A stretch of DNA of 63,336 nt, counting the filler, from Craspedostauros australis (taxonomy: Eukaryota), in the NCBI GenBank assembly GCA_030167865.1. It is 10 parts of 10 records of this genome, joined end to end, with 100 filler letters (N's around TTAATTAATTAA, not from the genome) between each part and the next. Parts side by side here need not be neighbours in the genome. Positions count along the whole stretch, not along the records: positions 37,579 to 52,828 come from JALAGF010006547.1; positions 52,929 to 54,484 come from JALAGF010006550.1; positions 54,585 to 56,614 come from JALAGF010006553.1; positions 56,715 to 59,894 come from JALAGF010006558.1; 6 more parts are not named here. One strand, given 5' to 3'. Made by a program: the position numbers and the translations under genes. Under the pieces are notes generated by a model. It searched no databases. It saw nothing but the letters and a program-made list of their open reading frames with translations, and was not told where the DNA came from. This document shows positions 48,962 to 59,994 of the stretch, one piece after another; within the stretch, counting starts at the first letter, position 1; each line of letters begins with the position of its first letter.

Positions 48962-51900
48962 TCAGCTCTTAATGCCTTTGCTGCGTTCTGTCTTGGAATC
49001 GATGTCGCCGCGGCGCTTCTTGGAATCCTGGCACGCCTTCCAGTATCTGCGCGCGCTGTTCTGGACGAAGAACAACCTCCCGTTGTTCATGCGGGTTGTG
49101 CGCTCCAGATCGTTTGCCATTGCCGCCAGCACATCCGCCACGGAGTCCGCGCTTTCGTGTCGGATTTGTGACGGATCGCGACGTGCTGCATGCTTCTTCT
49201 TGGTGCTTGCGACAGTTGAATTTGTTGCTGGCTTCGCCCCCTTGCTCTGTTTCTTCGCCGCGTCGCCGTTGCTTTCGACTTGCATCGGGTCGTCATACTT
49301 CGATGCGGCTCCGCCGGCGTGTCCATTCATTTTCACGCTCGCCTTGTCCAGCGTACGATATGGATCTTTGCCCTCGACGTTGTTTGCCGCCGCTCCCGCT
49401 TTATCCGTTTCTTCAACACCATCATCATCGTCGTGCCCCTCTTTGCCTTCATCGTATACCACAGGAGCACGCCTCAGGGTGAACTCAGGTTCCGGATACA
49501 GCGGCCGCTTCACCAATCCAATGTTTCCCAAATGCATGAACAGCCGCTCTTCCATGCTGAATGCGCTCACATCCACAAGGCGCGTGTTTTTCGATGGATC
49601 CTCTTCGATCCATTCCGAGACGTCCAATTCGCTGTCCGAATCGCTGTCGATGTCGCTGCCATCGCTGTACTGCGTGCCACCATTCTCCAAGTCGGAATCC
49701 TCTTCCTCCACCAGCAACGACTGCAATCGATCGACCAGGCTGGTATGCGTCGGGGTTGCGAACTGTTCCAGATCCACGGTCTTGTGTACGAGCATGTTCT
49801 TGTCCACGGTTGCGTCCATGCCTGGATGTGCGTCCTTGGTCCCTTCTGCCATTGTTGTTGTTGTTGTTGATGATGATGATGCGGTTGTTTTCGTGGTAGA
49901 ATGATTCTCCCCATCCTTTGCATCGGCGTCGGTACTGATACCAATGGACTTCACCTTGCCGGCTTCCACATCTGCATCGATCTCCATTTTTGCAACCGGG
50001 TCATTTTCTTTGGATGACGTTCCCGTTTCCTCTTGTTCTGCTTTCGACATGGCTGTCGCCTCGGCCGCTTCCACAAGCTGCGCCATCTCGCTGTGCCCGA
50101 ACTTCCTGCCGATGACGGTGACGTTCCCTTGCTTGACACAAGGATTGACGTAGGCCGACCAAAACGGCTGCAGCAGCTGATCGATCTCGTTGAGTCCGTA
50201 GGTATGATACGAGATCTTGTCGAGGTAGTTCCACGCGGCCTTCGTGTGCAAGGGCAGAGCGTCATCTTCAATGTCGTGGCTCATCATGCTGCTGGCGGCC
50301 TGATCGGCCTTGCGCTGCACGATCTTGTCACGAGCATCGCGCAACGTGATGTACTTGGCCTCGAGTTGGGCGGCGCGGTTTTGGATGTATTCCCAGATGC
50401 GCTGACGTCGATCCAAGGGATGCGTTTCGGTGTACGACAGCATCTTGGGTTGACGCGGTGCCGGTTTCTCTGGTGCTGGTGGCGCGGCGGGGGCAGTTGT
50501 CGCAGCAGGATGCGTTGTGACAGCCGATGCTTGCGCGGAGGATGCCGCAGGGGTTGACGCTGCCGATGCCTTGGACGTGGTGGCCGATGATGACGGAGCC
50601 GTTGCAGAAGCGCTGGCCTTGACCTTGTCCGTCGCCGCGCTCTTCTTCGTCTTGGGCGCCGCCTTAATCTTGGGCGCGGGCTTCTTGGTGGTGCTGACCT
50701 TGGCCGCCGCTGCTTTGGCCGCCTTCATCTCGGCCGCGACGGTCGCCCTGCGTTTCTCTTCTTCGGGACCGATGAGATCGAGAATATTGACGGGCAGCTG
50801 CGCAATGAGCGTGCCGGGGTGTGTGGCGACGCCGTGATGCGTTGGTGGTGGCGGTTGAAAGCCGGCACACACGACGCGTATCCTCAAGAACGGCGTGCGC
50901 ATGGAGAGGAAGTTGGGTGACACGGGTTTACCCGTCGTGGACGTGCGCAGCTTGGTGCCGGAGTTGTCGGCATGATACGTGAGCTGGTAATCCAAGGGCA
51001 AGAAGTTCTTCTTGCACCAGTTCTGCATGTTGTCCAGATTCTGCTGCAGGAAGTCGTGCTGCCGCTGCAGCAGCTGGCACAGAGCGAAGAGGTCGTTGAC
51101 GAGCTTGCCCTTCTCTAGGTTGCCGATCGTGCCGCGCATCTCGTGCACGCAGCGCTGCAGCTGGGCTCGTTTCGCGGCACCGAAGGCGGCCTTGTCCTTC
51201 TCGCTCATCTCGTAGGTCTCTAGGAGGAGCTTGTAGATGGGCGATTCCGCCATGCCGGGCGGCACGTCGTTGGGTGAGATGGTGCTCATGGCGGACGCGT
51301 AGGAGCTGGAGACCTTGTCCATGATGGGGTATGACTTGCGGCTCTTCATGGTGGCTTCGGGTGGCAGACCCGGCAGGAAGGGGTAGTACTTCGTCTCGGA
51401 GACCTCGAGACCGCAATGGCGCGGCTCCTGCTTCGGCGGGAAGGAGGACTTGTGGGGCGCACCGGACAGCGCGGCATCCGCCGAGACCGACGCCAGATTG
51501 GCACCGGCCGAGTTGGGCGACAGCATGGAGGCTCCCTTCTTCTTGGTTTCGGTCTGCGAGCTGGAGGAGGGACCCGCCGCACTGCCAGCGGCCGCGACCG
51601 ATTTCTTCTTCTTCTTGGTCGTCTTGGTTGTCTTGGTGGTGGTGGTTGTGGCGGCCGTCGATGAGGACTTCTTGGTGGTCGTCGTCGTGGAGTTGGAACG
51701 ACCCGCGAACTGCCCCACCTGCGCCGCCATCGGCAGCACCATCCTCGATGATGGTCCGGACGACTTCTTCGTCTTCTTGGTCACGGTTGCGCCGTCCTTC
51801 GTCTTGGCGGTCGTCGCGGATGCGCTGGAAGCCTTCTTCTTCGTCGTGCGCTTCGTCGTCGTCGTCTTGGTCGTCGAGCTTGCTGCCGCCTTGCTCGTCC

Positions 51901-52213
51901 GTTTCTTCTTCGCCTTGGGTGGCTTGACCGTATCTCCATTCTTGGCCGTCGTCTCCTCATCCCATGATGCCTTCTGCTTGCGCTTCGCCTTGCGCTTCGG
52001 CTTGGGCGCAGGCGGCGGCGGCGGTGGCGGCGGTTCCTCTTCTTCCTCTTCTTCATCCTTGGGAATGTCATCCATACCTCCCAGATCGATGTCCAAGTCA
52101 CCGAAGAGATCATCGCCACCTTCTCCGAACATCATGTCATCGAGGTTGAGGTCGTCCAAGGCGCCCGTGTCGAGACCCATGACCATGGCGTCATCGTCGC
52201 CGGGAGTTCCCAT
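48962..52213 (-). CDS. Large nuclear protein (~1083 aa), C-terminal region resembles Ada3/Ngg1 (SAGA HAT module)
   Basis: Long ORF with Lys/Thr-rich N-terminus. SLVDRLQSLLVEE..SMEERLFMHLGNIGL..DVLAAMANDL..NNGR follows the Ada3 pattern. ORF confidence is high, function tentative. Confidence 0.6.
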   Translation of the reverse strand: MGTPGDDDAMVMGLDTGALDDLNLDDMMFGEGGDDLFGDLDIDLGGMDDIPKDEEEEEEEPPPPPPPPAPKPKRKAKRKQKASWDEETTAKNGDTVKPPKAKKKRTSKAAASSTTKTTTTKRTTKKKASSASATTAKTKDGATVTKKTKKSSGPSSRMVLPMAAQVGQFAGRSNSTTTTTKKSSSTAATTTTTKTTKTTKKKKKSVAAAGSAAGPSSSSQTETKKKGASMLSPNSAGANLASVSADAALSGAPHKSSFPPKQEPRHCGLEVSETKYYPFLPGLPPEATMKSRKSYPIMDKVSSSYASAMSTISPNDVPPGMAESPIYKLLLETYEMSEKDKAAFGAAKRAQLQRCVHEMRGTIGNLEKGKLVNDLFALCQLLQRQHDFLQQNLDNMQNWCKKNFLPLDYQLTYHADNSGTKLRTSTTGKPVSPNFLSMRTPFLRIRVVCAGFQPPPPTHHGVATHPGTLIAQLPVNILDLIGPEEEKRRATVAAEMKAAKAAAAKVSTTKKPAPKIKAAPKTKKSAATDKVKASASATAPSSSATTSKASAASTPAASSAQASAVTTHPAATTAPAAPPAPEKPAPRQPKMLSYTETHPLDRRQRIWEYIQNRAAQLEAKYITLRDARDKIVQRKADQAASSMMSHDIEDDALPLHTKAAWNYLDKISYHTYGLNEIDQLLQPFWSAYVNPCVKQGNVTVIGRKFGHSEMAQLVEAAEATAMSKAEQEETGTSSKENDPVAKMEIDADVEAGKVKSIGISTDADAKDGENHSTTKTTASSSSTTTTTMAEGTKDAHPGMDATVDKNMLVHKTVDLEQFATPTHTSLVDRLQSLLVEEEDSDLENGGTQYSDGSDIDSDSDSELDVSEWIEEDPSKNTRLVDVSAFSMEERLFMHLGNIGLVKRPLYPEPEFTLRRAPVVYDEGKEGHDDDDGVEETDKAGAAANNVEGKDPYRTLDKASVKMNGHAGGAASKYDDPMQVESNGDAAKKQSKGAKPATNSTVASTKKKHAARRDPSQIRHESADSVADVLAAMANDLERTTRMNNGRLFFVQNSARRYWKACQDSKKRRGDIDSKTERSKGIKS

Positions 52214-52517
52214 GGTTTGCACTCCACAACGAGCAGCACAAGTGGATTGGATGCTCGTGCAATATGTATTCTATTATAAGTACACTATTCTATGTATTGC
52301 AATACTCGTATGTTCTCAGTTTTGCGTTGGCACGAAGAACGGCAGCGACAATGGTGTGTGCCGTTGCGTCTCCGCCATGGTCGCTTGTTTTTTGTGTCTT
52401 TGGTTTGATGTACCATGGTGTGAATATGATACTTGGAACATGGTATATTCAACAAGGAGTATCTAATTCGATGTACCGAATCTTTCGGCTGGATGGAACA
52501 GTTAAAAATCATTAGTA

Positions 52518-52680
52518 TGAGCCCGATCAGTGAGTCGACCAACACTTTGAAATAGACCTCCAGAAATTTTCTCTCCTACATACTAACCAAGCACATATTC
52601 GTAATCCCTTTAGGTCTAATACAAATAATTAACCGTTAAATTTTTGAGTTAGATCCTATTTTAAGTTTTACAGACCGATG
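52518..52680 (+). mobile_element. DNA transposon terminus of the same family as 39030-39191, preceded by TA; element body to the right
   Basis: TA|TGAGCCCGATCAGTGAGTCGACC followed by AT-rich subterminal homology. Confidence 0.75.
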
Positions 52681-52928
52681 GATATGCGCAATTTTCGATC
52701 TCTCTCGGGTTTCAGCCTTTCGCCTACGACTACATCGATCAAACTTAACCCTTTGCTGTTCTTCGTTTCAGCGACGTTGTTCCCATTTTGAATTGTTTAG
52801 TCTCTTTTTGAGGTGTTCCGATCAGACCNNNNNNNNNNNNNNNNNNNNNNNNNNNNNNNNNNNNNNNNNNNNTTAATTAATTAANNNNNNNNNNNNNNNN
52901 NNNNNNNNNNNNNNNNNNNNNNNNNNNN

Positions 52929-54484
52929 CATCGTGAACTTCCAACATCAACTCACGTTCAATCCGGAACTGGTCACCATCAACACGATCAGAGGAGTACT
53001 CCGTACTGCATATGCCACTCACAGAGGAGGCAAGGCATACGTCGACGACTTCCAAGACAGTAACCCGAAGAGCAACGACACCGGCTTCACAAGCACCGGT
53101 AACTTCAAGGGTACTTGTCACAACTGTGGCGTGTATGGCCATAGATCCGCNNNNNNNNNNNNNNNNNNNNNNNNNNNNNNNNNNNNNNNNNNNNNNNNNN
53201 NNNNNNNNNNNNNNNNNNNNNNNNNNNNNNNNNNNNNNNNNNNNNNNNNNNNNNNNNNNNNNNNNNNNNNNNNNNNNNNNNNNNNNNNNNNNNNNNNNNN
53301 NNNNNNNNNNNNNNNNNNNNNNNNNNNNNNNNNNGAGGCGGAGTGCCGAAAGAAGAAGTTCAACGAAAGCAAAAAGAACAACGAACAAGCCAACGCGGCT
53401 ACGGAAGGACACGACAAGAGTGGGCACGAGATGGTACTCTCGGCAAAGGACTTGCCACTCTGCATGTTGGTGTCCGACGACTACATCGAAGACTCCTTCT
53501 TCGATAACTTCGAGTGCGTCNNNNNNNNNNNNNNNNNNNNNNNNNNNNNNNNNNNNNNNNNNNNNNNNNNNNNNNNNNTCATCCACGAGGTGGATCCAAG
53601 ACGCGAGGTGAGCTACGAATGCTGCTTCAACGCGCACGACCTGATCGGTTCATACGGCGACGGAGCCGAGATGGACAGCGAGGCCATCGATAGCGACATC
53701 GAAGAGGCAATGAGCGAAGACAACGAAGACGCCGACGAGAACGGCTCAGACGAAGACGCCGACGAGGACGGCGCANNNNNNNNNGACGACGACACCATCA
53801 GAGACGGGATGAACCGCGACGAGGCGCCGCCTCCCGCAGCAATGCGAAACGAGAGAACGGGCATCTTCGATGAAGAGGATAGCGACGAAGCTGAGGACCG
53901 TCCGAACGACGCATTCAATCCTTACGAAGCTGTCGTCTACCCACTTCGAATCCAATTCCCACCGGAGCCGAATCCCAGAAGAGTCGACGACATCTACCGA
54001 CTCCAGACCTTTCCAGAACCAACAATCACTGCAAAACGAATGCAGAAGCAGCTCATCTACGACGCGGTCCTAACAGCTGCATTACCGATGTTCCCAGGGT
54101 TCGTGAACGAACCATTGCGATACATTTGGGTGAACATGGTAAGCACCATCCTATCCGATAACTTCAAATCGATTGAAGAGATCCTCGCAAACGCAGCCAT
54201 CCTCAACCGACTACTGCAAGCAAACGAAGAGGATGAACTCTCCGAACTGGACTTGCACTACGTGCTCGGAGGATGCATGCAGGTGCTCCTGCGCGAGCGA
54301 CCACGCGTCACACCGTATGACACGGTCACCGGAGTTCATCGAAATAGTACAGTGCCAGCGCACTTCGCTGAACTACCAAGCGACGATGAAGCTGATGAGA
54401 ATCACAATCCATACAACGAAGATGGAGTGCATGAAGATGAAGAGGCAGACGGCCTCATGGATGAGATGGCCACAGCAGCCGTGG
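52929..54484 (+). CDS. Copia-like gag fragment with zinc knuckle and long acidic spacer (partial, gapped)
   Basis: FKGTCHNCGVYGHRS fits a CX2CX4H knuckle cut by a gap; EAECRKKK after the gap looks like a knuckle end. The frame is open across the scaffold. Confidence 0.6.
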
Positions 54485-54584
54485 NNNNNNNNNNNNNNNN
54501 NNNNNNNNNNNNNNNNNNNNNNNNNNNNTTAATTAATTAANNNNNNNNNNNNNNNNNNNNNNNNNNNNNNNNNNNNNNNNNNNN

Positions 54585-56551
54585 GGCACGGTCAACGACG
54601 AGTACGAGCTGCCCGTGCTGGGCGCAGACTTCTCGCTGCTGCCAGTCGCACGGGTGATGGTGCTCGACGTCGCCGCTACTTCCGCTCCCGTTTCTGTTTC
54701 CATGTCCATATTCATGTCCATTGCTGTTAGTAGTCCTGTGGATACTTCCGGCTTCGCTTGCGCACCAACCTGCGCTTCCACTTCTGCCAGAGTCTGGCTG
54801 ATTCGGGATGCTGCTTCCTCCATGCCCAACGTGGTTGTAGGTTCCGACTCAAAGTCGAAGTCGTCTCCGAGCTGATCGAAGAAGTCGTCAATGCCGCCTG
54901 TAATACCATCGTTGCCATTGGAGCCTGTGAATGGGTCAGAACTGCCCGCCAGGAAGTCCTCCACATCATTCTCAAGTTCCAAGGAGAATGCAGCTTCATC
55001 GTACGCACCTGCGCCTTCTCCATCGCCAACACCACCATTCGCACCACTACCAGCACCATCGTTCAGACTTTCACTGACGGTACTGGACAGGGATGCGAAG
55101 AAATCGTCATCGGAGTCACTGTTGCTGTCGCGTGAGTCGCCAATATCGCTGTTGGCAGCACCATCGATGTTGGTGTTGGCGTTACTACTGCTGTCAGTTT
55201 GTGTGGATTCGGTATCGGATATCTCCGATGCCAACGATGCGAAGAAGTCCGAGTCATCGAAGAGATCATCCTGATTGTTTCCATCATCGAATCGTNNNNN
55301 NNNNNNNNNNNNNNNNNNNNNNNNNNNNNNNNNNNNNNNNNNNNNATCGTCGGTTGTTGAAGTTGGTGTTCATTCCACCACCAGCACTGCCACCGCCACC
55401 ATCACCATCACGGCCACGAGCGCCACCGCCATTGTCTCTCCCCCTGCCATCCCCGTCAAGATCGTTCGATAGATCACTCATGAGTGATTCGAAGAAATCA
55501 GATGAGTCATTGGAGCTTGCATCGCCACCGGATGAAGGCCGAGACCTCGATGATGGCTTCGCAGACGCCGGTGACTGTGCTGGCGAGACGAACGAGCTCC
55601 AATCATCTGCCCCATCCAAGGCCCGTTCCACGTTCCTGTTGTCTGCTCGGTTCTTCTGTCGATCGTTGCGTCGCTCCTGCCGTCGAGAGCTCAAGCCTCG
55701 TACCTGACCATCTCGCACGCCACTCTGCCATCCATCACCGTTGTTTCTATTGCTGTTTCTGCCGTTGTTATTGCGTCTGTCCATATCATCTCGCGAATTT
55801 CCGCCACGGAAGGTCCATTCACCATCGGAGTACCCAGAGTCATTATCACTCCGTTTCTGGTCCTTGTACCAATCCCAATTGTCGGCGTTCTTCTTCGCTT
55901 CCCTCGCATCCATGTCGCTGCCGAACTTGCGGACCGTGTTGTCCTGTCGTCTCTGACGCATGAAGCGGCTGGAACCGCGCGTGCTGCGGTCCACTGTGTT
56001 CCGCATGTCCGATCCGGAGTTCCTATTAGGCTGCTGCGCCTTGTCAAGGTCGTACTGCGTGATGGGTTGCACGGGTCCTCCAAGACCGTCCAAGGCCTCC
56101 ATGTCGCTCATCTTGCGCACGTCGCCAGGATTGAGCCAGTGATCGTAGACGGTACCGTAGGTGTAGAACCGAACCAGGATCTTCCCTTCCTTCAGACGTT
56201 TGACGATACCATCCTCACCAAGGAACTTGCCTTGGGCCGTCACTTTGATCATGTCATCCACACGGAGCTCGCCGTACGTGCGAGTGACCTCCTCTTGCAA
56301 AGCCCTATCCTCGGCGGCCTGTTTCGCATCTGCCTCTTGCGTGTCCATGATGATCTCTTCTCCATCTTCCGTCAGCATTGGGATTGGCATTCCGCTATCC
56401 CCTGCACCACTATCCTCGCCGTCCTCCTCTTCTTCCTTCTCCAATCCGAACTTTTCGATTTCATCCTCGTTCAGAATGACGGGAGCGGGAGGGAGCTTCT
56501 TGTATCCCTTCTGGTTAACGGTTCCCATCCAGGATCGGCACAGATCGAGTC
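54585..56551 (-). CDS. NusG-like protein (end of NGN domain + KOW) with long acidic/Gly-Arg extension; internal exon, both ends missing
   Basis: CRSWMGTV..PPAPVILNEDEI and LRVDDMIKVTAQGKFLGEDGIVKRLKEGKILVRFYTYG (KOW). CAG acceptor at 56554-56552. The frames join if the 5-bp overlap at the gap is collapsed. Confidence 0.75.
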
Positions 56552-58101
56552 CTGTCCGAGCGTGAAAGGATGATGCAGCATAACAGCAACAGCACAAACG
56601 TGTGTAAAGGAGAGNNNNNNNNNNNNNNNNNNNNNNNNNNNNNNNNNNNNNNNNNNNNTTAATTAATTAANNNNNNNNNNNNNNNNNNNNNNNNNNNNNN
56701 NNNNNNNNNNNNNNTTAACATCATTTTGGCTTGCTGTCTGTGGCCACGTCGCGCCGACAACTTCAACCTTTGTAAATTGTGATTGTGGTATCAAGCTAGT
56801 GCGTATTGATATTTCATATTTTACGTTGAGCTATGCATGTCACAACAAGACAAACACGCACAACCTCCACATCAACAAATGAGAACGAGAATCCAAGAAG
56901 CAGAAGATCGTGGAAGAGGGAGACATCACCAACACCACCAAGATCGTGTGCGCTCCTTTCACCCAACACCACAGCACACAACAACTACGCGCACCATGGT
57001 CTCCAACCACCATGATACTCGTACGAGCACACTGCCCTCTACTCGTACGACTATTGGTACAAACACCTCTGAGATAATGACCGCGGTCTTCGCTGCTTCA
57101 ATTCCGCCAACTGAACTAGGCAGGCACACGTGTTGCGCGGAAAAGTGCAGGTGATGGACGAGAGAGCTGAGGTCGGACCACGCATCATGTGGGCGACGCG
57201 CGCGATCTCTTGGCGTCGACTTCGGTTCCGCGTATCTTTCGACAGATGATGCCGATGCCCAAGTCGTCAAATCGTCAAGCTGGAGCACGGAGCAAGACTC
57301 TCACCCTGCGGCGAATTCGTTCTGAGGTGTGGAAAGCAACGGCTTGGGAGCGAAGCATCGCATGGCACCAATGCACTGCGCATGAGACGCATCGCTTTGG
57401 ATGCTGGAGCAGTCGCCATCCCAGCAAAGTGGTTGGACCGCATCAAGCCTCGCGTACTCCGCCGGCGGCGAGCGATCGCATGAAGCATGACCAAAGCGCA
57501 ATTGGCGAGGCGCATGGTTCTTGCTTCATTGCTTGGCTCATCTGCTGCCCCAATGCCTGGCCCGAACAACAGAGCAAACGCTCACGCATCACAAGACACC
57601 AATGGTCAAGATGACGAATATGAATGTGAATCCAGCGGAGGCTCCACGGCGCTGGCTCCACGGCGCTCATATTCCATGCTCCTCGCCCACCGACATTCAC
57701 ACTCACAACCATCTCGTCTCCCCGTCACATCAAAACGCCGCGCAACTGAACTTCACAATGATCGAGCGATTGTTTGATGTCGTGGTGGTTCCGCTTGCGG
57801 CACTCTCTTCGGCATGTGCAAACCAACTTTCGTCTTTTCACTCAACACGAGCGTTGGCATTGAATTGATGCATGACTTGGCATGTGCGATGCGGCATTGG
57901 ATTGATGGCTCGTCATCTCTTTGCACCGTGCCCGCACCGCGACTACTCGTACAGGTCACACGACATGCGAGTCTGAAGGCTCTCTTGATAAGTAATATAG
58001 AGAATATCTAATTGCTATCAAATTGCTCAGACTTTGCCGTCTGCGCTACTCCACTCCATGATGTGTTCGCTCCTCAAGCGCTGTTGCTGGAGTGAACTGC
58101 T

Positions 58102-59894
58102 TCACTCCTCTTCCTCGGCAGTGCCGTCCGCCACAATCACTTCGGATCAATTGGTTCTCATAGAGCTGGTTCTCATGGAGCGCACGAAGCCCACCAATGT
58201 CGCCCAATCCATGTATGAATCCACTTGTGCTGTACCCTCATCCTCATCAACAACCTTGTACAGGTCCATCATGGACAGGTGGTTGTACTCATCATCAATA
58301 CTAGCGCTCTCTGTTCTTCCACCGCAAAACACCTGGATCTCCGTCATCAGTTGGGGTTGTAGAATCAGTTTGCTTAAATCTAGATGAGTGAACATATCCT
58401 TCTCACTTTCAGCTGCCATTCTCATTGCTGCATCCTACAACACCAAGCAGTTGTGTTGATCGGCGAATATCACCGCATCTATCATGGTATCCTCTGTGAG
58501 ATATTTGTGGGCCAACTCCGCTTCAAGAACAAGCTTGAGTCACCTGAAGCCAAACTCGTTGGCCACAAGGATCAGCTAGTGCAGATCATCCTGTCCAGTG
58601 AGGATGGGAGTTGGCTGGTGAGAGGCATTTGTATCGTGGTGAGAGTTGGAGTGAGCGCCGATGTGTGTGGCGGCGTTGTCACGAGCGCTGTCATTGAAGG
58701 ATTTCTCGCCTGTGTAGATGCATTGGAGGATGTATCGGACGTGTTTTGGTTGAAGGTTGGGAAGAGGGATGGTTGTTTGGATGGGGGCTGCACCGTCGTC
58801 AGTGCCATCATTTGCATACTGATGTTGGATTCCAGGGCCGATAAGTGTCTCATTGGATGGGGCAGTGATCTTGAGGACTTGGGTGTTTGCCTTGATTGGT
58901 TGTTGTTGGTCACCGTGGCCGCACAAGAAGATGGTGTCTTCCCTATTCCCAGTTTAGAAAGATCTGAGGCGGTCTTCGTCAATGTTGATTTTGGTCCTCT
59001 TGTGGTCACTGTGGTTGTGTTCATTCTCTTGCTTCTTCCGCTTCAACTGGTGTCTCGACTGTTGTTGTTGTTGTTGTTGTTGTTCCTTCGGCTTCAACTG
59101 CTGTCCCAACTGTTCTTGTGGNTGTTCATTCTCTTGCTCGTTTTGTTGCAAGCGTTGTTGCAGTTGTGGGTGAACTGAAGGCGAAAGTCCTCTAATGAGG
59201 GACTCGATACACTCCAGCTTGCCGTTGTGGCATGCCCAATGAAGGGGAGTGTCACCATTGTTGTTTTGGCAGTTGATGTTCGCTCCACCTGATTTGGTGA
59301 GGTACTCCACGCACTCCAGGTGGCCGTTGCGGCATGCGTGATGAAGGGGAGTCCAACCATTGTTGTTTTGGCAGTTGATGTTCGCCTCACATGATNNNNN
59401 NNNNNNNNNNNNNNNNNNNNNNNNNNNNNNNNNNNNNNNNNNNNNCGTTGCGGCATGCGTGATGAAGGGGAGTCCAACCATTGTTGTTTTGGCAGTTGAT
59501 GTTCGCCTCACATGATTCAATGAGGTACTTGACACACTCCAGGTGGCCGTTGCAGCATGCCCAATGAAGGGCAGTGTCACCATTGTTGTCTTTGCAGTTG
59601 ATGTCCGCCTCACATGATTCGATGAGGTACTTCACACACTCCAGGTGGCCGTTGCGGCATGCGTGATGAAGGGGAGTCCAACCATTGTTGTTTTGGCANT
59701 TGATGTTCGCCTCACATGATTCAATGAGGTACTCCACGCACTCCAGGTGGCCGTTGTGGCATGCTACATGAAGGGGAGTGAGATCATTGTTGTCTTTGCA
59801 GTTGATGTCCGCCTCACATGATTCGATGAGGTACTTGACGCACTCCAGGTGGCCGTTGCAGCATGCCTGGTGAAGGGGAGTGTCACCATCGTTG
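58102..59894 (-). pseudogene. Ankyrin-repeat + BTB protein, copy 2 (5'-truncated; several stops in BTB region)
   Basis: Collinear with 13.8-15.65 kb at the nucleotide level. Stops include TAA 58954-58956 (CAA in copy 1) and TAG 58576-58578 (CAG in copy 1). Confidence 0.85.
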
Positions 59895-59994
59895 NNNNNN
59901 NNNNNNNNNNNNNNNNNNNNNNNNNNNNNNNNNNNNNNTTAATTAATTAANNNNNNNNNNNNNNNNNNNNNNNNNNNNNNNNNNNNNNNNNNNN

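Noticed and set aside
44759..52466. Long plus-strand hydrophobic ORFs opposite the two minus-strand genes
   Set aside because: Antisense shadows expected from GC-biased, low-complexity coding sequence.
56786..56797. TGGTATCAAGC as a tRNA-Met primer-binding site
   Set aside because: Not preceded by an LTR-terminal CA, and no gag follows.
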